From assembly GCA_965228895.1 (NCBI GenBank), contig OZ245842.1, positions 672,001-736,000 of the forward strand: a DNA stretch of 64,000 nucleotides. The letters are read 5' to 3'. The notes below the pieces were generated by a model that worked only from the letters and a program-made list of their open reading frames with translations, had not been told where the DNA came from and searched no databases. Shown one piece after another: positions 50,598 through 60,372 of the stretch; the first letter of the stretch is position 1, and each line of letters begins with the position of its first letter. The translations under genes were made by a program, and so were the position numbers. Source of the DNA: Alphaproteobacteria bacterium (GTDB lineage: Bacteria > Pseudomonadota > Alphaproteobacteria > SP197).

Positions 50598-51800
50598 TCA
50601 AAGGCCCAGCACGGCCTTGGCGATGATATTTTTCTGGATTTCCGAGGAGCCGCCCCAGATGGTCGCCTTGCGCATGTTGAAGTAGGTGTGCGCGGCAAAC
50701 TCCGTTGCCTCCGGGCCCAGAGGCATGGCATTGCCTCTCTCATCGGAGTCGGTATCGGGTTCGATGTGACCGTAGGCGCCGATCGCTTCGACCATCAGGG
50801 TCAGGATCTGTTGGTGCAGTTCCGTGCCCCGAACCTTCAGCAGCGAGGCCTCGAAACCCATGGCGTCCGGGCCGCCCGGGCCGAACAGAAAGCGCTGCTC
50901 GGTCAGTTCAAGTTGGCGCAAGGCCGCTTCGACAGCGGCGATTTCCCGGGCGAACTCGGGATCGTCGATCAACCGTTCGCCGTTGGACGGTTCCTCGGCC
51001 GCAATCTCCTTAAGCCGCCTGAGTGTTCCCGTGCTCAGCCCGACCTCCGCCGAGCCGAACCGTTCCATGCCCAGGATGTATTTGCCGATGGACCAGCCCT
51101 TGTGCTCCTCGCCCAAACGGTTGGCAACGGGGACGCGCACGTTGTCGAAATAGGTCTGGTTGAGCTCGTCGCCGCCCTCGAAGGAGAGGATTGGGCTGAT
51201 CGACAGGCCCGGCGACGTCATGTCGACGAACAGGACGGTGATGCCGTGCTGTTTCTTGCCGGACGAGTCCGTGCGGAACAGGCCGAACAGGTAATCGGCA
51301 TAGGGCGCGCTGCTGGTCCAGGTCTTGGTGCCGTTGATGACGTATTCGTCACCCTCGCGGACCGCGCGACATTGCAATGCGGCCAGATCCGACCCGGCGT
51401 TGGGTTCGGAATAGCCCTGGCAGAGAAGGATGTCGCCATTGGCCAGGCCCGGCAGAAAACGCTGCCTCAGATCGTCCGTGCCGAACTCGATTAGCGCCGG
51501 CCCGACCATGCCGGCGGAAAAGAGATCCAGCGGCGGCGCATCGTTCTCCCTGAGTTCGCGTTCAAAGACGTACTGCTGCTCGTAACTCCAGCCCGGTCCG
51601 CCAAATTCGGTCGGCCAGCTCGGGCAGCTCCATCCGCCGTGATCGTGCAGGATGCGGGTCCATCGTTTGGTGTCGAAGGGAGTCAGGCCGCTACGCTCGC
51701 GGCGCACTTTGTCGCGCAGATCGTCCGGCAGGTTGGCGCGGATGAACGTGCGAACCTCGTCGCGGAACCGCTCGATGCTATCATCGAAGTCGAGATTCAA
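50598..51800 (-). CDS. Acyl-CoA dehydrogenase (PimC-like subunit)
   Basis: CQGYSEPNAGSDLA, ING.K.WTS and TIWGGSSEIQKNII; TTG start after GGAGGGG. Confidence 0.9.
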   Translation of the reverse strand: MNLDFDDSIERFRDEVRTFIRANLPDDLRDKVRRERSGLTPFDTKRWTRILHDHGGWSCPSWPTEFGGPGWSYEQQYVFERELRENDAPPLDLFSAGMVGPALIEFGTDDLRQRFLPGLANGDILLCQGYSEPNAGSDLAALQCRAVREGDEYVINGTKTWTSSAPYADYLFGLFRTDSSGKKQHGITVLFVDMTSPGLSISPILSFEGGDELNQTYFDNVRVPVANRLGEEHKGWSIGKYILGMERFGSAEVGLSTGTLRRLKEIAAEEPSNGERLIDDPEFAREIAAVEAALRQLELTEQRFLFGPGGPDAMGFEASLLKVRGTELHQQILTLMVEAIGAYGHIEPDTDSDERGNAMPLGPEATEFAAHTYFNMRKATIWGGSSEIQKNIIAKAVLGL

Positions 51801-51953
51801 TTTGACCCCTCCGTGAACCACACCGCGCCCGTGCCGACGCGGACGCCAACCTATGGCGCGTGCCGCTGGTTCTCAACCAGAATAGGGCGCCATGTCTATC
51901 ACCTCGCGTTCGGGCGTTGCCCGAACGGCCACGATCCGCTCTCTATCCATGAG

Positions 51954-52017
51954 TAGAGCAGATTCACCCGTATCGAAGGAATCGCGACGCGATTCCATCA
52001 ATGCGGGATCTGCTCTA
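51954..52017 (+). repeat. 64-bp palindromic interspersed repeat, copy C
   Basis: Same length as copy B with identical 16-nt left and 13-nt right ends. Confidence 0.85.
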
Positions 52018-52087
52018 GGTTTCACGCCCACTGGACCCAGGCACCGCATCTGTCGCCATCTCTATTCCCGTGACCGGAGACCACACC

Positions 52088-54199
52088 ATGGCCCTCGACC
52101 GCCTGCTCGCCCCTCGCTCGATCGCCGTCGTCGGCGCATCCGAGCGTCCGTCGATCGGTCGAACCATCATCGGCTCGCTGGCCACGCTGGGTTTCTCCGG
52201 CGCTATCTATCCCGTGCATCCGCGCCACGAGACCGTCCTGGGGCACCCCTGTTATGCCAGCCTGACCGACATTCCCGGCAGCGTTGGTCTGGCGGCTCTG
52301 TGCCTCGGCTATGAGCGAATCATGCCGGAGGTCGAAAAGGCCGTGGCGAAGGGCGTACGGGCACTGGTGATCTTCAGCGGCGGTTTTGCCGAGGCCGGCG
52401 AGGAGGGGCGTGCGGCGCAGACGCGCCTGATCGAGATCTGCCGCGACAACGATATCGCGCTGTGCGGTCCCAACTGCATGGGTGTGATGAGCGTCCACAA
52501 CAAGAGCCACGCCTACATGATGGACGTGTTCGACCCGGCAGCACTTGCCGGCAATGTCGGTCTGATCTCGCAGAGCGGTTCGATTTCGATCGGTCTGTTG
52601 ACCGACACGCGGCGATTCGGTTTCAGCCACGTCATCTCGTCGGGCAACGAGGCGGTCGTCACGACCGCCGCCTACATGGAGTATCTGATTGACGATCCCG
52701 CGACGGAGATCATCGCGATCTTCGCGGAGTCGATCAACGAAGCCGAGCGGTTCGTCGCGGCGCTCGACCGGGCAAGCGATGCGGGCAAACCGGTGGTCGT
52801 CTTGAAGGCGGGTAAATCGGCGCGCGCCGCTGCCGCGATCCAGACCCACACCGGCGGCATGGCCGGCGAATCGCGGGTACTGTCGGCTGTCTTGCGGGCG
52901 CACCGCGCCATCGAGGTCAATGATCTCGAAGAAATGACGGAAGTGCTGGCGGCGCTCCAAAGCCGTTCCTGGCCGAAAGGTGACCGGATCGCCATCGTCA
53001 CGGGATCGGGCGGCCATGCGGAACTGTTGTTGGATGCGACAACAGAGGCAGGCTTGAACCTGCCGCCGTTGGGGCAGGCCACGCGCACGGCGATCGAAAC
53101 CGAGATCGGGTCGCTGACCGGTGATGGTAACCCGGCGGACGCTTGGGGGCAGGGCGACTTCGCCGCCAATTTCACCGTCGCGCTGCGCGAGATCGCGGCA
53201 TCCGGCGATTATGACGCCATCGTCCTGTCGCTCGACGCCAATGACGGGCAGGCGGTTGATTATGCCGATCAAGACGAAGCGATCAACGGCGTGATGCGCG
53301 GTGCGCGCGCCGAGCACGACCTGCCGCTCTACCTCATGTCGACGCGCCACGGCGTGCACAAGACCGTGCAGATCAATGCCATGCGCGACGAAGGCATCCC
53401 ATCTCTGGGCGGCATGAAGCAGGCGCTGGGCGCGATCACGCGGGTCGCGCATTGGGTCGGGAGTTCAGCCGCAAACCAACCAGCAGTGGGCGGCGATCGT
53501 GTTGGCGCGGAACGGCCTGACTGGGCGTCGCGTGTCTCGGTTCACGAGTTTGACGCCAAGCGTCTTTTGGCGGCGGCGGGGCTCCCCACGGTCAACGAAC
53601 GGCTGGTCGATGATCTGCCAGCAGCTCTTCAGGCCGCGAGCGATCTTGGTTATCCCGTTGTTCTTAAGGCTGTCGGCGATGTGATTCCCCACCGAAGCGA
53701 GTATGGTCTGATCGAATTGCGTCTTTCGGATGCCGACGCGATGGCCGCCGCGTGGTCCAGGCTCCAGGAACGCCTCGGTGCGATGCCTGAAGCGCCGCAG
53801 CCAGCGCAGTTTGTTGTGCAGGCCATGGCGGCGTCCGGCGTCGAAGTCATCGCCGGCATTGCGCGCGATCCGGCGTTTGGTCTGGTTATGGCGGTCGGTC
53901 CGGGAGGCGTTTTCGCCGAGCTGTTCGATGACGTCGCAATGTGCTGTTTGCCGCCGCGCCCCGGTGATATCGAAACCATGCTGTCGGGCAGCCGTCTGGC
54001 CCAGTTGCTGGCCGGTTTTCGCGGGTCGGGTCCGGCCGATGTAGCGGCCCTGAACAAGGCGCTCACTGCGCTCGCCGAATTCGCGACGGACCATGCGGAC
54101 GTGATCGAAGGTATCGATATCAACCCGCTGCTCGTCTATCCGGACGGCCAGGGCTGCCTGGTCGTCGATGCCCTGATCGTGCCGCGCTCAGGCAGCTAG
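52088..54199 (+). CDS. ADP-forming acyl-CoA synthetase (acetate-CoA ligase family)
   Basis: PRSIAVVGAS, GPNCMG, SQSG, THTG phospho-His and C-terminal ATP-grasp DINPL. Confidence 0.92.
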   Translation: MALDRLLAPRSIAVVGASERPSIGRTIIGSLATLGFSGAIYPVHPRHETVLGHPCYASLTDIPGSVGLAALCLGYERIMPEVEKAVAKGVRALVIFSGGFAEAGEEGRAAQTRLIEICRDNDIALCGPNCMGVMSVHNKSHAYMMDVFDPAALAGNVGLISQSGSISIGLLTDTRRFGFSHVISSGNEAVVTTAAYMEYLIDDPATEIIAIFAESINEAERFVAALDRASDAGKPVVVLKAGKSARAAAAIQTHTGGMAGESRVLSAVLRAHRAIEVNDLEEMTEVLAALQSRSWPKGDRIAIVTGSGGHAELLLDATTEAGLNLPPLGQATRTAIETEIGSLTGDGNPADAWGQGDFAANFTVALREIAASGDYDAIVLSLDANDGQAVDYADQDEAINGVMRGARAEHDLPLYLMSTRHGVHKTVQINAMRDEGIPSLGGMKQALGAITRVAHWVGSSAANQPAVGGDRVGAERPDWASRVSVHEFDAKRLLAAAGLPTVNERLVDDLPAALQAASDLGYPVVLKAVGDVIPHRSEYGLIELRLSDADAMAAAWSRLQERLGAMPEAPQPAQFVVQAMAASGVEVIAGIARDPAFGLVMAVGPGGVFAELFDDVAMCCLPPRPGDIETMLSGSRLAQLLAGFRGSGPADVAALNKALTALAEFATDHADVIEGIDINPLLVYPDGQGCLVVDALIVPRSGS

Positions 54200-54204
54200 G
54201 TCGA

Positions 54205-54891
54205 TCAGACGATCTCGCAGGTCATGGCGGGCAGGCCAGCGATCTCGGCGACCAGGCTATCGCCGCGCTGGACAGCGCCGACACCCGCCGGCGTGCCGGT
54301 GAAGATAAGGTCGCCGGGCTTGAGTTCGATCAGCCGGGACAGATAGGCGATCGCTTCGGGCGTCTTCCAGATCATCTGGTTGAGATTGCCCGATTGCCGC
54401 TCTGCGCCGTTCACCGTCAATGTGATGGCGGCTTGCTCGATCCCTGGACAATCTGCCGCCGGCGTCAAAGCGCCGACGGGGCCGGACGCGTCAAAACCTT
54501 TCGCCATGTCCCAGGGGCGGCCAGCCTTTTTGGCAGCCGCCTGGAGGTCGCGGCGGGTCAGGTCGATACCGACCGCATAGCCGAAGACACAGGCCAGGGC
54601 ATCGGTTTCAGCAATGTCACGGCCGCCGCGGCCAAGGGCGGTGACCATCTCGACCTCGTGATGCATATCGTCGGTCGCCGGCGGATAGGCAATCGCGCCG
54701 CCGCCGGGAACGATGGCGGTCGCCGGTTTTGAAAAGAAGAAGGGCTCCTCGCGGTCTGGGTTGCCGCCCATTTCAATCGCGTGGTCGGCGTAGTTGCGCC
54801 CGATGCAGAAGACCCGAGCGACCGGGAACAGGGCGTCGCTGCCGTTGATCGCCAAGCAGACGGGATCGAGTGGCGGAATGGCAAAGGTCAT
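54205..54891 (-). CDS. FAH-family hydrolase (fumarylpyruvate hydrolase-like)
   Basis: CIGRNY.DHA.EMG, HHEVE, DLTRRDLQ, KGFD and TGTPAGVG. Confidence 0.92.
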   Translation of the reverse strand: MTFAIPPLDPVCLAINGSDALFPVARVFCIGRNYADHAIEMGGNPDREEPFFFSKPATAIVPGGGAIAYPPATDDMHHEVEMVTALGRGGRDIAETDALACVFGYAVGIDLTRRDLQAAAKKAGRPWDMAKGFDASGPVGALTPAADCPGIEQAAITLTVNGAERQSGNLNQMIWKTPEAIAYLSRLIELKPGDLIFTGTPAGVGAVQRGDSLVAEIAGLPAMTCEIV

Positions 54892-55018
54892 CGATGGGTC
54901 TCCGGGCGTGGGGCATTGACTGAGAACGCATGGCTTGCGTCATTCTGCACTTTTCCTCAAGGCCGAACTCGACCATAGATGTCGGATCGTTCCCAGTTTT
55001 GCGGCAGAAAGGTTGTTC

Positions 55019-55999
55019 ATGCCCGAAAACGTGGTTCTTGTAACCGGCGGCGCCGGCTATGTCGGCAGTCATGCGTGCAAGGCGCTGGCTGGCGCAGGTT
55101 ACACGCCCGTGTCCTACGACAATCTGGTGAACGGCCACCGTGATCTCGTGCGTTGGGGACCGTTGGAAGAGGGCGACATTCTGGATGGCGCACGCCTGGA
55201 TGAAGTCATCGACCAGTATCGTCCCGGCGCCGTCATGCATTTCGCAGCATTTGCTGAAGTAGCGGAATCCGTACGTGAGCCCGAGCGCTACTTCCGCAAC
55301 AACGTCGAAGGGTCACGCAGTGTTCTCGACGCCATGGTGCGACACGGGATTGTCCGGATCGTTTTTTCCAGCACCTGTGCGGTCTACGGCATGCCCGACG
55401 TGGTTCCGATCCCCGAGGAGACGCCACGGCACCCGATCAATCCCTATGGTGAGACCAAGGCCGCGGTCGAGGATGCGCTCGCGGAGTTCGGTCGAAACCA
55501 CAGCATCGGCTGGACAGCACTTCGGTACTTCAATGCGGCGGGCGCCGATCCGGATGGCGAGGCCGGCGAACACCACGAACCTGAAAGCCACTTGATACCA
55601 TTGGTGCTGGATACGGCGTTAGGCCGCCGTGAGGCCATTACCGTCTATGGCGACGACTACCCGACGCCAGACGGTTCGTGCCTGCGCGACTATGTTCACG
55701 TCGCCGATCTGGCGACCGCCCATGTTTCGGCCCTCAAGCGCCTGGAGTCGGGCGGCTCGAGCCTTGCCATCAACCTGGGATCCGGCACCGGTGCCTCGGT
55801 CCTGGAGATCATCGCGGCGGCCCAGCGCATCACGGGCGCTGACATCGCCACCGTCATCGGAGATCGCCGGCCCGGCGATCCGCCATCGCTGATCTGCCTG
55901 CCGGAACGTGCGCAACACGAACTCGGTTGGTCGACGACCTATGATATCGAAGCGCAGATCGGCCATGCCTGGGCCTGGCACCGCCAACGGTTCGGTTAA
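55019..55999 (+). CDS. galE: UDP-glucose 4-epimerase
   Basis: GGAGYVGSH, FSSTCAVYG, YGETK, LRYFNAAGA and DGSC.RDYVHV. Confidence 0.92.
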   Translation: MPENVVLVTGGAGYVGSHACKALAGAGYTPVSYDNLVNGHRDLVRWGPLEEGDILDGARLDEVIDQYRPGAVMHFAAFAEVAESVREPERYFRNNVEGSRSVLDAMVRHGIVRIVFSSTCAVYGMPDVVPIPEETPRHPINPYGETKAAVEDALAEFGRNHSIGWTALRYFNAAGADPDGEAGEHHEPESHLIPLVLDTALGRREAITVYGDDYPTPDGSCLRDYVHVADLATAHVSALKRLESGGSSLAINLGSGTGASVLEIIAAAQRITGADIATVIGDRRPGDPPSLICLPERAQHELGWSTTYDIEAQIGHAWAWHRQRFG

Positions 56000-56100
56000 C
56001 CCGCTCAATGATGGATATGGCTGTCGGACCAACGTGATGGCGGTCGCGCTACAACCAAATACCACGCGCCGTCCGGTTGGATTTTGGGTTATGAAGACCC

Positions 56101-57051
56101 ATGATCAGTCAAAAGACCATGCTGGTGACGGGCGGTGCTGGCTTTCTGGGTTCGCACCTGTGCGAGCGCCTGCTCAATGACGGCTACGCCGTGGTGGCCG
56201 TCGATAACTTCTTCACCGGTGATCGGCGCAAGGTTCGCGGCCTTATGGACAATCCGGATTTTGAGCTGATCCGGCACGATGTCACGCTGCCACTGTTCAT
56301 TGAGGTCGATGCCATCTTCAACTTTGCCTGCCCGGCATCACCGGTTCACTATCAACACGACCCCGTCCAGACGACCAAAACCAGTGTCCACGGTGCGATC
56401 AACATGCTGGGTCTTGCCAAACGGCTGAGGGTGCCGATCTTGCAGGCGTCGACGTCGGAGGTGTATGGCGATCCCGCCGTCCATCCGCAGGCCGAAGACT
56501 ACTGGGGGCATGTCAATCCGATCGGCCCAAGGTCTTGTTATGACGAGGGAAAGCGCTGCGCCGAGACCTTGTTCTTTGACTACTACCGCCAGCATCAACT
56601 GCCGATCAAGGTGATCCGGATTTTCAACACCTATGGGCCGCGCATGCACGTGTCCGACGGCCGTGTGGTGTCAAACTTTGTGGTGCAGGCGTTGCGCGGC
56701 GAGCCAATCACGCTTTATGGCGACGGCGAACAGACGCGTTCGTTCTGTTATGTCGACGATTTGATCGAAGGCTGCTTGGCAATGATGGAGGGGCCGCCTG
56801 ACTTCATCGGCCCGGTCAATCTTGGTAACCCACACGAGGTCACGATCCGCGAGCTCGCCGAGACGATTATCGAGATGACGGGATCAAACTCGACGCTGAC
56901 TTTCGAGCCGCGCCCCGACGACGATCCACAGCGACGTTGTCCCGATGTCACGCTGGCGGGCAAAAAGCTCGGCTGGCAGCCGTCGATACCGCTTAAGGAA
57001 GGTTTAGGGTCGACAATCGACTACTTTGACGCCTTGTTGAGTGAGAGGTAG
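56101..57051 (+). CDS. uxs: UDP-glucuronate decarboxylase (UDP-xylose synthase)
   Basis: [28 protein letters not shown] and SCYDEGKR. Confidence 0.93.
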   Translation: MISQKTMLVTGGAGFLGSHLCERLLNDGYAVVAVDNFFTGDRRKVRGLMDNPDFELIRHDVTLPLFIEVDAIFNFACPASPVHYQHDPVQTTKTSVHGAINMLGLAKRLRVPILQASTSEVYGDPAVHPQAEDYWGHVNPIGPRSCYDEGKRCAETLFFDYYRQHQLPIKVIRIFNTYGPRMHVSDGRVVSNFVVQALRGEPITLYGDGEQTRSFCYVDDLIEGCLAMMEGPPDFIGPVNLGNPHEVTIRELAETIIEMTGSNSTLTFEPRPDDDPQRRCPDVTLAGKKLGWQPSIPLKEGLGSTIDYFDALLSER

Positions 57052-57100
57052 CACGACCGTCCAGCGGCTCAGTGATAGTGATGGCAAGTAGATAGCTTCG

Positions 57101-57583
57101 ATGCTGACATTCGATACGGACGGAACACGCGCCTTCTGGCAGAAGGCTTGTTTGGCAACCGGCGTGGATGCGGCAACCCCTCATCATGCCGGTACGTTCG
57201 CCGAGCCGGTCAGCAGCGATCGCGCGTCGTTTATCGACGTACTCGCGGAAATGGCGCGTGATGGGACCAAATGCGGTACGGCCCACATGTTGCTGCAGTT
57301 CGTCACCGAAGAGATTCGCATCCGCGAGCCCGGTGACTGCTGGATCGTGACGACAACCCAGGGCAAGCCGCTTTGTGTCGTCCAGATCACCGCGGTCGCG
57401 ATCACGCCGTTCGAGGATGTCGGTGAAGCCTTTGCGGCATCGGAGGGCGAGGGGGATCTGAGCGTGAAACACTGGCGCGGCGCGCACATCAACTACTTCA
57501 AGAAGCAGTGCGCGCGGTGGGGTCGACTGTGGCATGACCGCCAGCCTATCGTGTGCGAGAGCTTCGAGCTGATCTACCCTTAG
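57101..57583 (+). CDS. ASCH domain protein
   Basis: G.K.GT, EGEGD.S..HWR..H..YF and VCE.F. Confidence 0.88.
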   Translation: MLTFDTDGTRAFWQKACLATGVDAATPHHAGTFAEPVSSDRASFIDVLAEMARDGTKCGTAHMLLQFVTEEIRIREPGDCWIVTTTQGKPLCVVQITAVAITPFEDVGEAFAASEGEGDLSVKHWRGAHINYFKKQCARWGRLWHDRQPIVCESFELIYP

Positions 57584-57616
57584 GCGCTTGGTGCTCCATC
57601 GCCGGCGAGAGGAGCA

Positions 57617-58150
57617 ATGGCCGTGAACGTGATCGATCTGACCTTGCCGATGCACGCGGAGATGGACGTTTATCCCGGCGATCCGGCGCCGCGCTACGAC
57701 TTGATCGAGGTTTTTGCGGAGACCGGCTGGAACATGCGCAGGCTGGAGATGAACGGCCATGACGGTACCCATGTCAACGTACCCCTGCACGCCACGGCCG
57801 ACGGCAGGAACCTCGACGATTACGATCTCTCCAATTTTGTCGGCGAAGCCGTCCTCTATGAATCCGATGCCGATATCGCGCCCGACCTGGGGTTGATCTT
57901 CCACGCCACGGACATCTCCTGGTCAAGCGCCAAGGCAATTGTCGATATCGGCCCGCGTTTCATCGGGTTGCCGGCACGGTTCGAGTTCGACATCGCTATC
58001 GAGCGGTGGTTGTTGGAACGCGATGTCATCTCATTCGAGCGGCTGATCAACACCGACCGACTGCCCAAACGTTTCTTTTTTCACGGCGCGCCGCTCAAGA
58101 TTGTCCAGGGCGACGGCAGTCCGGTTCGCGCTTATGCCATCACCGACTAA
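57617..58150 (+). CDS. Short cyclase (kynurenine formamidase-like) family protein
   Basis: IDLT, YPGDP, HDGTHVNVPLH and GDGSPVRAYA. Confidence 0.85.
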   Translation: MAVNVIDLTLPMHAEMDVYPGDPAPRYDLIEVFAETGWNMRRLEMNGHDGTHVNVPLHATADGRNLDDYDLSNFVGEAVLYESDADIAPDLGLIFHATDISWSSAKAIVDIGPRFIGLPARFEFDIAIERWLLERDVISFERLINTDRLPKRFFFHGAPLKIVQGDGSPVRAYAITD

Positions 58151-58203
58151 ACAAGATGCCATTCCCGCCTGATTGGGAGCGTGGACCACCTTTGCATCGA
58201 TCC

Positions 58204-58246
58204 TTATCAATGTAAGATATCAGACCTTAAGATTTATCAATCTAAG
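58204..58246. promoter_or_regulatory. Direct repeat TTATCAAT(G/C)TAAG x2, 30-bp period
   Basis: 58204-58216 and 58234-58246 in an AT-rich region upstream of the ABC operon. Confidence 0.55.
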
Positions 58247-58377
58247 CGCATTGATGACGATAAACCCGTGAATGGGCGGCAATCGACCGTGCCAAACCAT
58301 AGGCGTAGCCAATGGCTGCCCTTCGGTTTGTCGCGGTTATCGCCGTGAACTCCAAAAGAACCCAGGGAGGCGGGAGT

Positions 58378-59442
58378 ATGTTCAAGCGTTTTGAGGGTAA
58401 GAGTTTTGCCGAGCGGCATGGTGCCGGCCGGCTGAGCACCATGGTGGCCGGCATCGCGGTCGGCGCTGCCATCGGTATTGGCACCTTGATGACGGCGCCG
58501 GCTCAGGCTGAAGAAGGTGTGATCCGTTGCGCCTATCCCTATTGGTTCGGCTTCGCGCCGGTGCCGGTGGCGAGCGCCATGGGCTATTTCGAAGAGGAAG
58601 GCCTTGAGGTCACGACCGTCTTCGATAACGACCGCGCGAACGTCTATCCCGGTCTCGAAATCGGCGATCTCGACTGCACCATGCGCACGATCGGCGAGCA
58701 TATGTCGCGCCCGCTGGCCGAAGACTCGAACTTCGTCGTCATCGGCCTGATCGATATCTCCGTTGGCGCCGACGGTGTTGTCGCCGCACCCGATGTCAAC
58801 GATGTTACCGACCTGATCGGCCGCACCTTCGCCGGCGAGATCAACCACCCGGGCACATTGATGACAGCGCACGCGTTGAGGGAAGCCGGTCACAGCTTTT
58901 CCGACGTCAACGTCCGACTGATCAACACCGATGACAGCCCGGCCGTCTTCGAAGACGACGATGTCGCCGCCGTCGCGACGTGGGAACCGATGATGAGCGA
59001 CATTGTCGCCAACACGTCGCGCGAGGGTTCGAAGATCCTGCTGTCGTCGGCAGACTTCAACGGCCTGATCACCGACGTCGTCATCGTCAACAAGGAAGAC
59101 TATGAGGCCGACCGCGAGAAGTACGCGGCGTTCATGCGCGGCATCTATCGCGCCGTCGATCTCTACAACAACGACCCCGAGAAGTTCCTCGAGGTCGCGG
59201 CGCCGGCCTATGAGGTCACGCCCGAGCAGATGAAGGTCGATATTGAAGGCGTCTACTACACCTCCTACGAGGATGCGGTCGAATACTTCGGCACCGATGG
59301 TCAGCCGGCCAAGCTTGCCGACGTGGTCAACGCGCTGAACGATATTCAGGTCGAGCTCGACCTGATGGACGCGCCGATCTCGATGGAGGCCATGTCGGAC
59401 CCGAGCCTGACCGACGGTCTGTTCGACGGCAAGACGCGCTAA
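58378..59442 (+). CDS. NitT/TauT-family ABC solute-binding protein
   Basis: Signal peptide; W.GFAP, D.S.GADG and TWEP. Confidence 0.9.
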   Translation: MFKRFEGKSFAERHGAGRLSTMVAGIAVGAAIGIGTLMTAPAQAEEGVIRCAYPYWFGFAPVPVASAMGYFEEEGLEVTTVFDNDRANVYPGLEIGDLDCTMRTIGEHMSRPLAEDSNFVVIGLIDISVGADGVVAAPDVNDVTDLIGRTFAGEINHPGTLMTAHALREAGHSFSDVNVRLINTDDSPAVFEDDDVAAVATWEPMMSDIVANTSREGSKILLSSADFNGLITDVVIVNKEDYEADREKYAAFMRGIYRAVDLYNNDPEKFLEVAAPAYEVTPEQMKVDIEGVYYTSYEDAVEYFGTDGQPAKLADVVNALNDIQVELDLMDAPISMEAMSDPSLTDGLFDGKTR

Positions 59443-59474
59443 CCGTCTACCGTCTGACCTTTTTGTGTATCCCA

Positions 59475-59509
59475 CACCGGCTTTGCGGGCTTAGCCTGCA
59501 AAGCCGGTG
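59475..59509 (+). terminator. Intercistronic stem-loop after the SBP gene (attenuator or mRNA stabiliser)
   Basis: CACCGGCTTTGC...GCAAAGCCGGTG stem; no U-tract on the plus strand. Confidence 0.55.
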
Positions 59510-59574
59510 GCGGGCGCCTGTCATGTGTGTCCGGCTCCGGCGCACCGCGCGCTCCATCAAGGAGGACTGACCTG

Positions 59575-60363
59575 ATGGCCCTCAGATCGGCGCTGTTCGC
59601 CTATCGCGGCGAATCGTCGCCCCGTACCGACCTCGTCCTGGCCGTGGTCGCCTTGGCTGGTTTCTTTATCGTCTGGTACTTGATCTCAGTTTTCGAGATC
59701 GTGTCGCAGCGGTTCCTGCCGACACCCATCGACGTTGTGGTGGCGCTATGGACCATGCTGACGGTCAACAACTTCATCGAGGATATCTGGATCTCGGTGG
59801 CGCGGGTTTGGGGCGCGTTCGCGCTCTCGGTCGTGTTTGCCGTGCCGATCGGCATCTGGATGAGCAGCTACCGCATCGTCGGCACGCTGATCGAGCCGGT
59901 TGTCGACTTTATCCGCTATCTACCCGTGCCGGCCCTCGTACCGCTCTTGATTATCTGGTTCGGCATTGGCGAAGCCTCGAAGATCGCGGTGTTGTTTATG
60001 GGGACGTTCTTTCAGCTTGTTTTGCTGATCGCCGACGATGCCAAGCGCGTGCCTAAGGAATTCATCGAGATCGGCTATACCCTTGGCGGCAAGCCACGCA
60101 ACATCACCAAGGACATCGTGTTCCGGTCGATGATGCCGAACCTGGTCGACAACCTCAGGATCACACTGGGTTGGTGTTGGACCTGGATCATCGTTGCCGA
60201 GATCGTCGCCGCCAACAGCGGCATTGGGCACGCTATCTGGTCGATGCGCCGGTTCCTCAAGACGCCGGAAGTGATGGCCGGTATTCTGACCATCGGCATT
60301 ATCGGCCTGGTGACCGATCAGTTGATCCGTGTCGCCCATCGCCGTTACTTCCGGTACCTCTAG
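59575..60363 (+). CDS. NitT/TauT ABC permease
   Basis: FLPTP, RYLPVPALVPL..WFGIGE and IVAE; AAGGAGG RBS. Confidence 0.93.
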   Translation: MALRSALFAYRGESSPRTDLVLAVVALAGFFIVWYLISVFEIVSQRFLPTPIDVVVALWTMLTVNNFIEDIWISVARVWGAFALSVVFAVPIGIWMSSYRIVGTLIEPVVDFIRYLPVPALVPLLIIWFGIGEASKIAVLFMGTFFQLVLLIADDAKRVPKEFIEIGYTLGGKPRNITKDIVFRSMMPNLVDNLRITLGWCWTWIIVAEIVAANSGIGHAIWSMRRFLKTPEVMAGILTIGIIGLVTDQLIRVAHRRYFRYL

Positions 60364-60372
60364 GAGCAGGCG

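Noticed and set aside
55019-57051. galE-uxs as a polysaccharide island
   Set aside because: Only two ordinary nucleotide-sugar genes, with no glycosyltransferase or export genes
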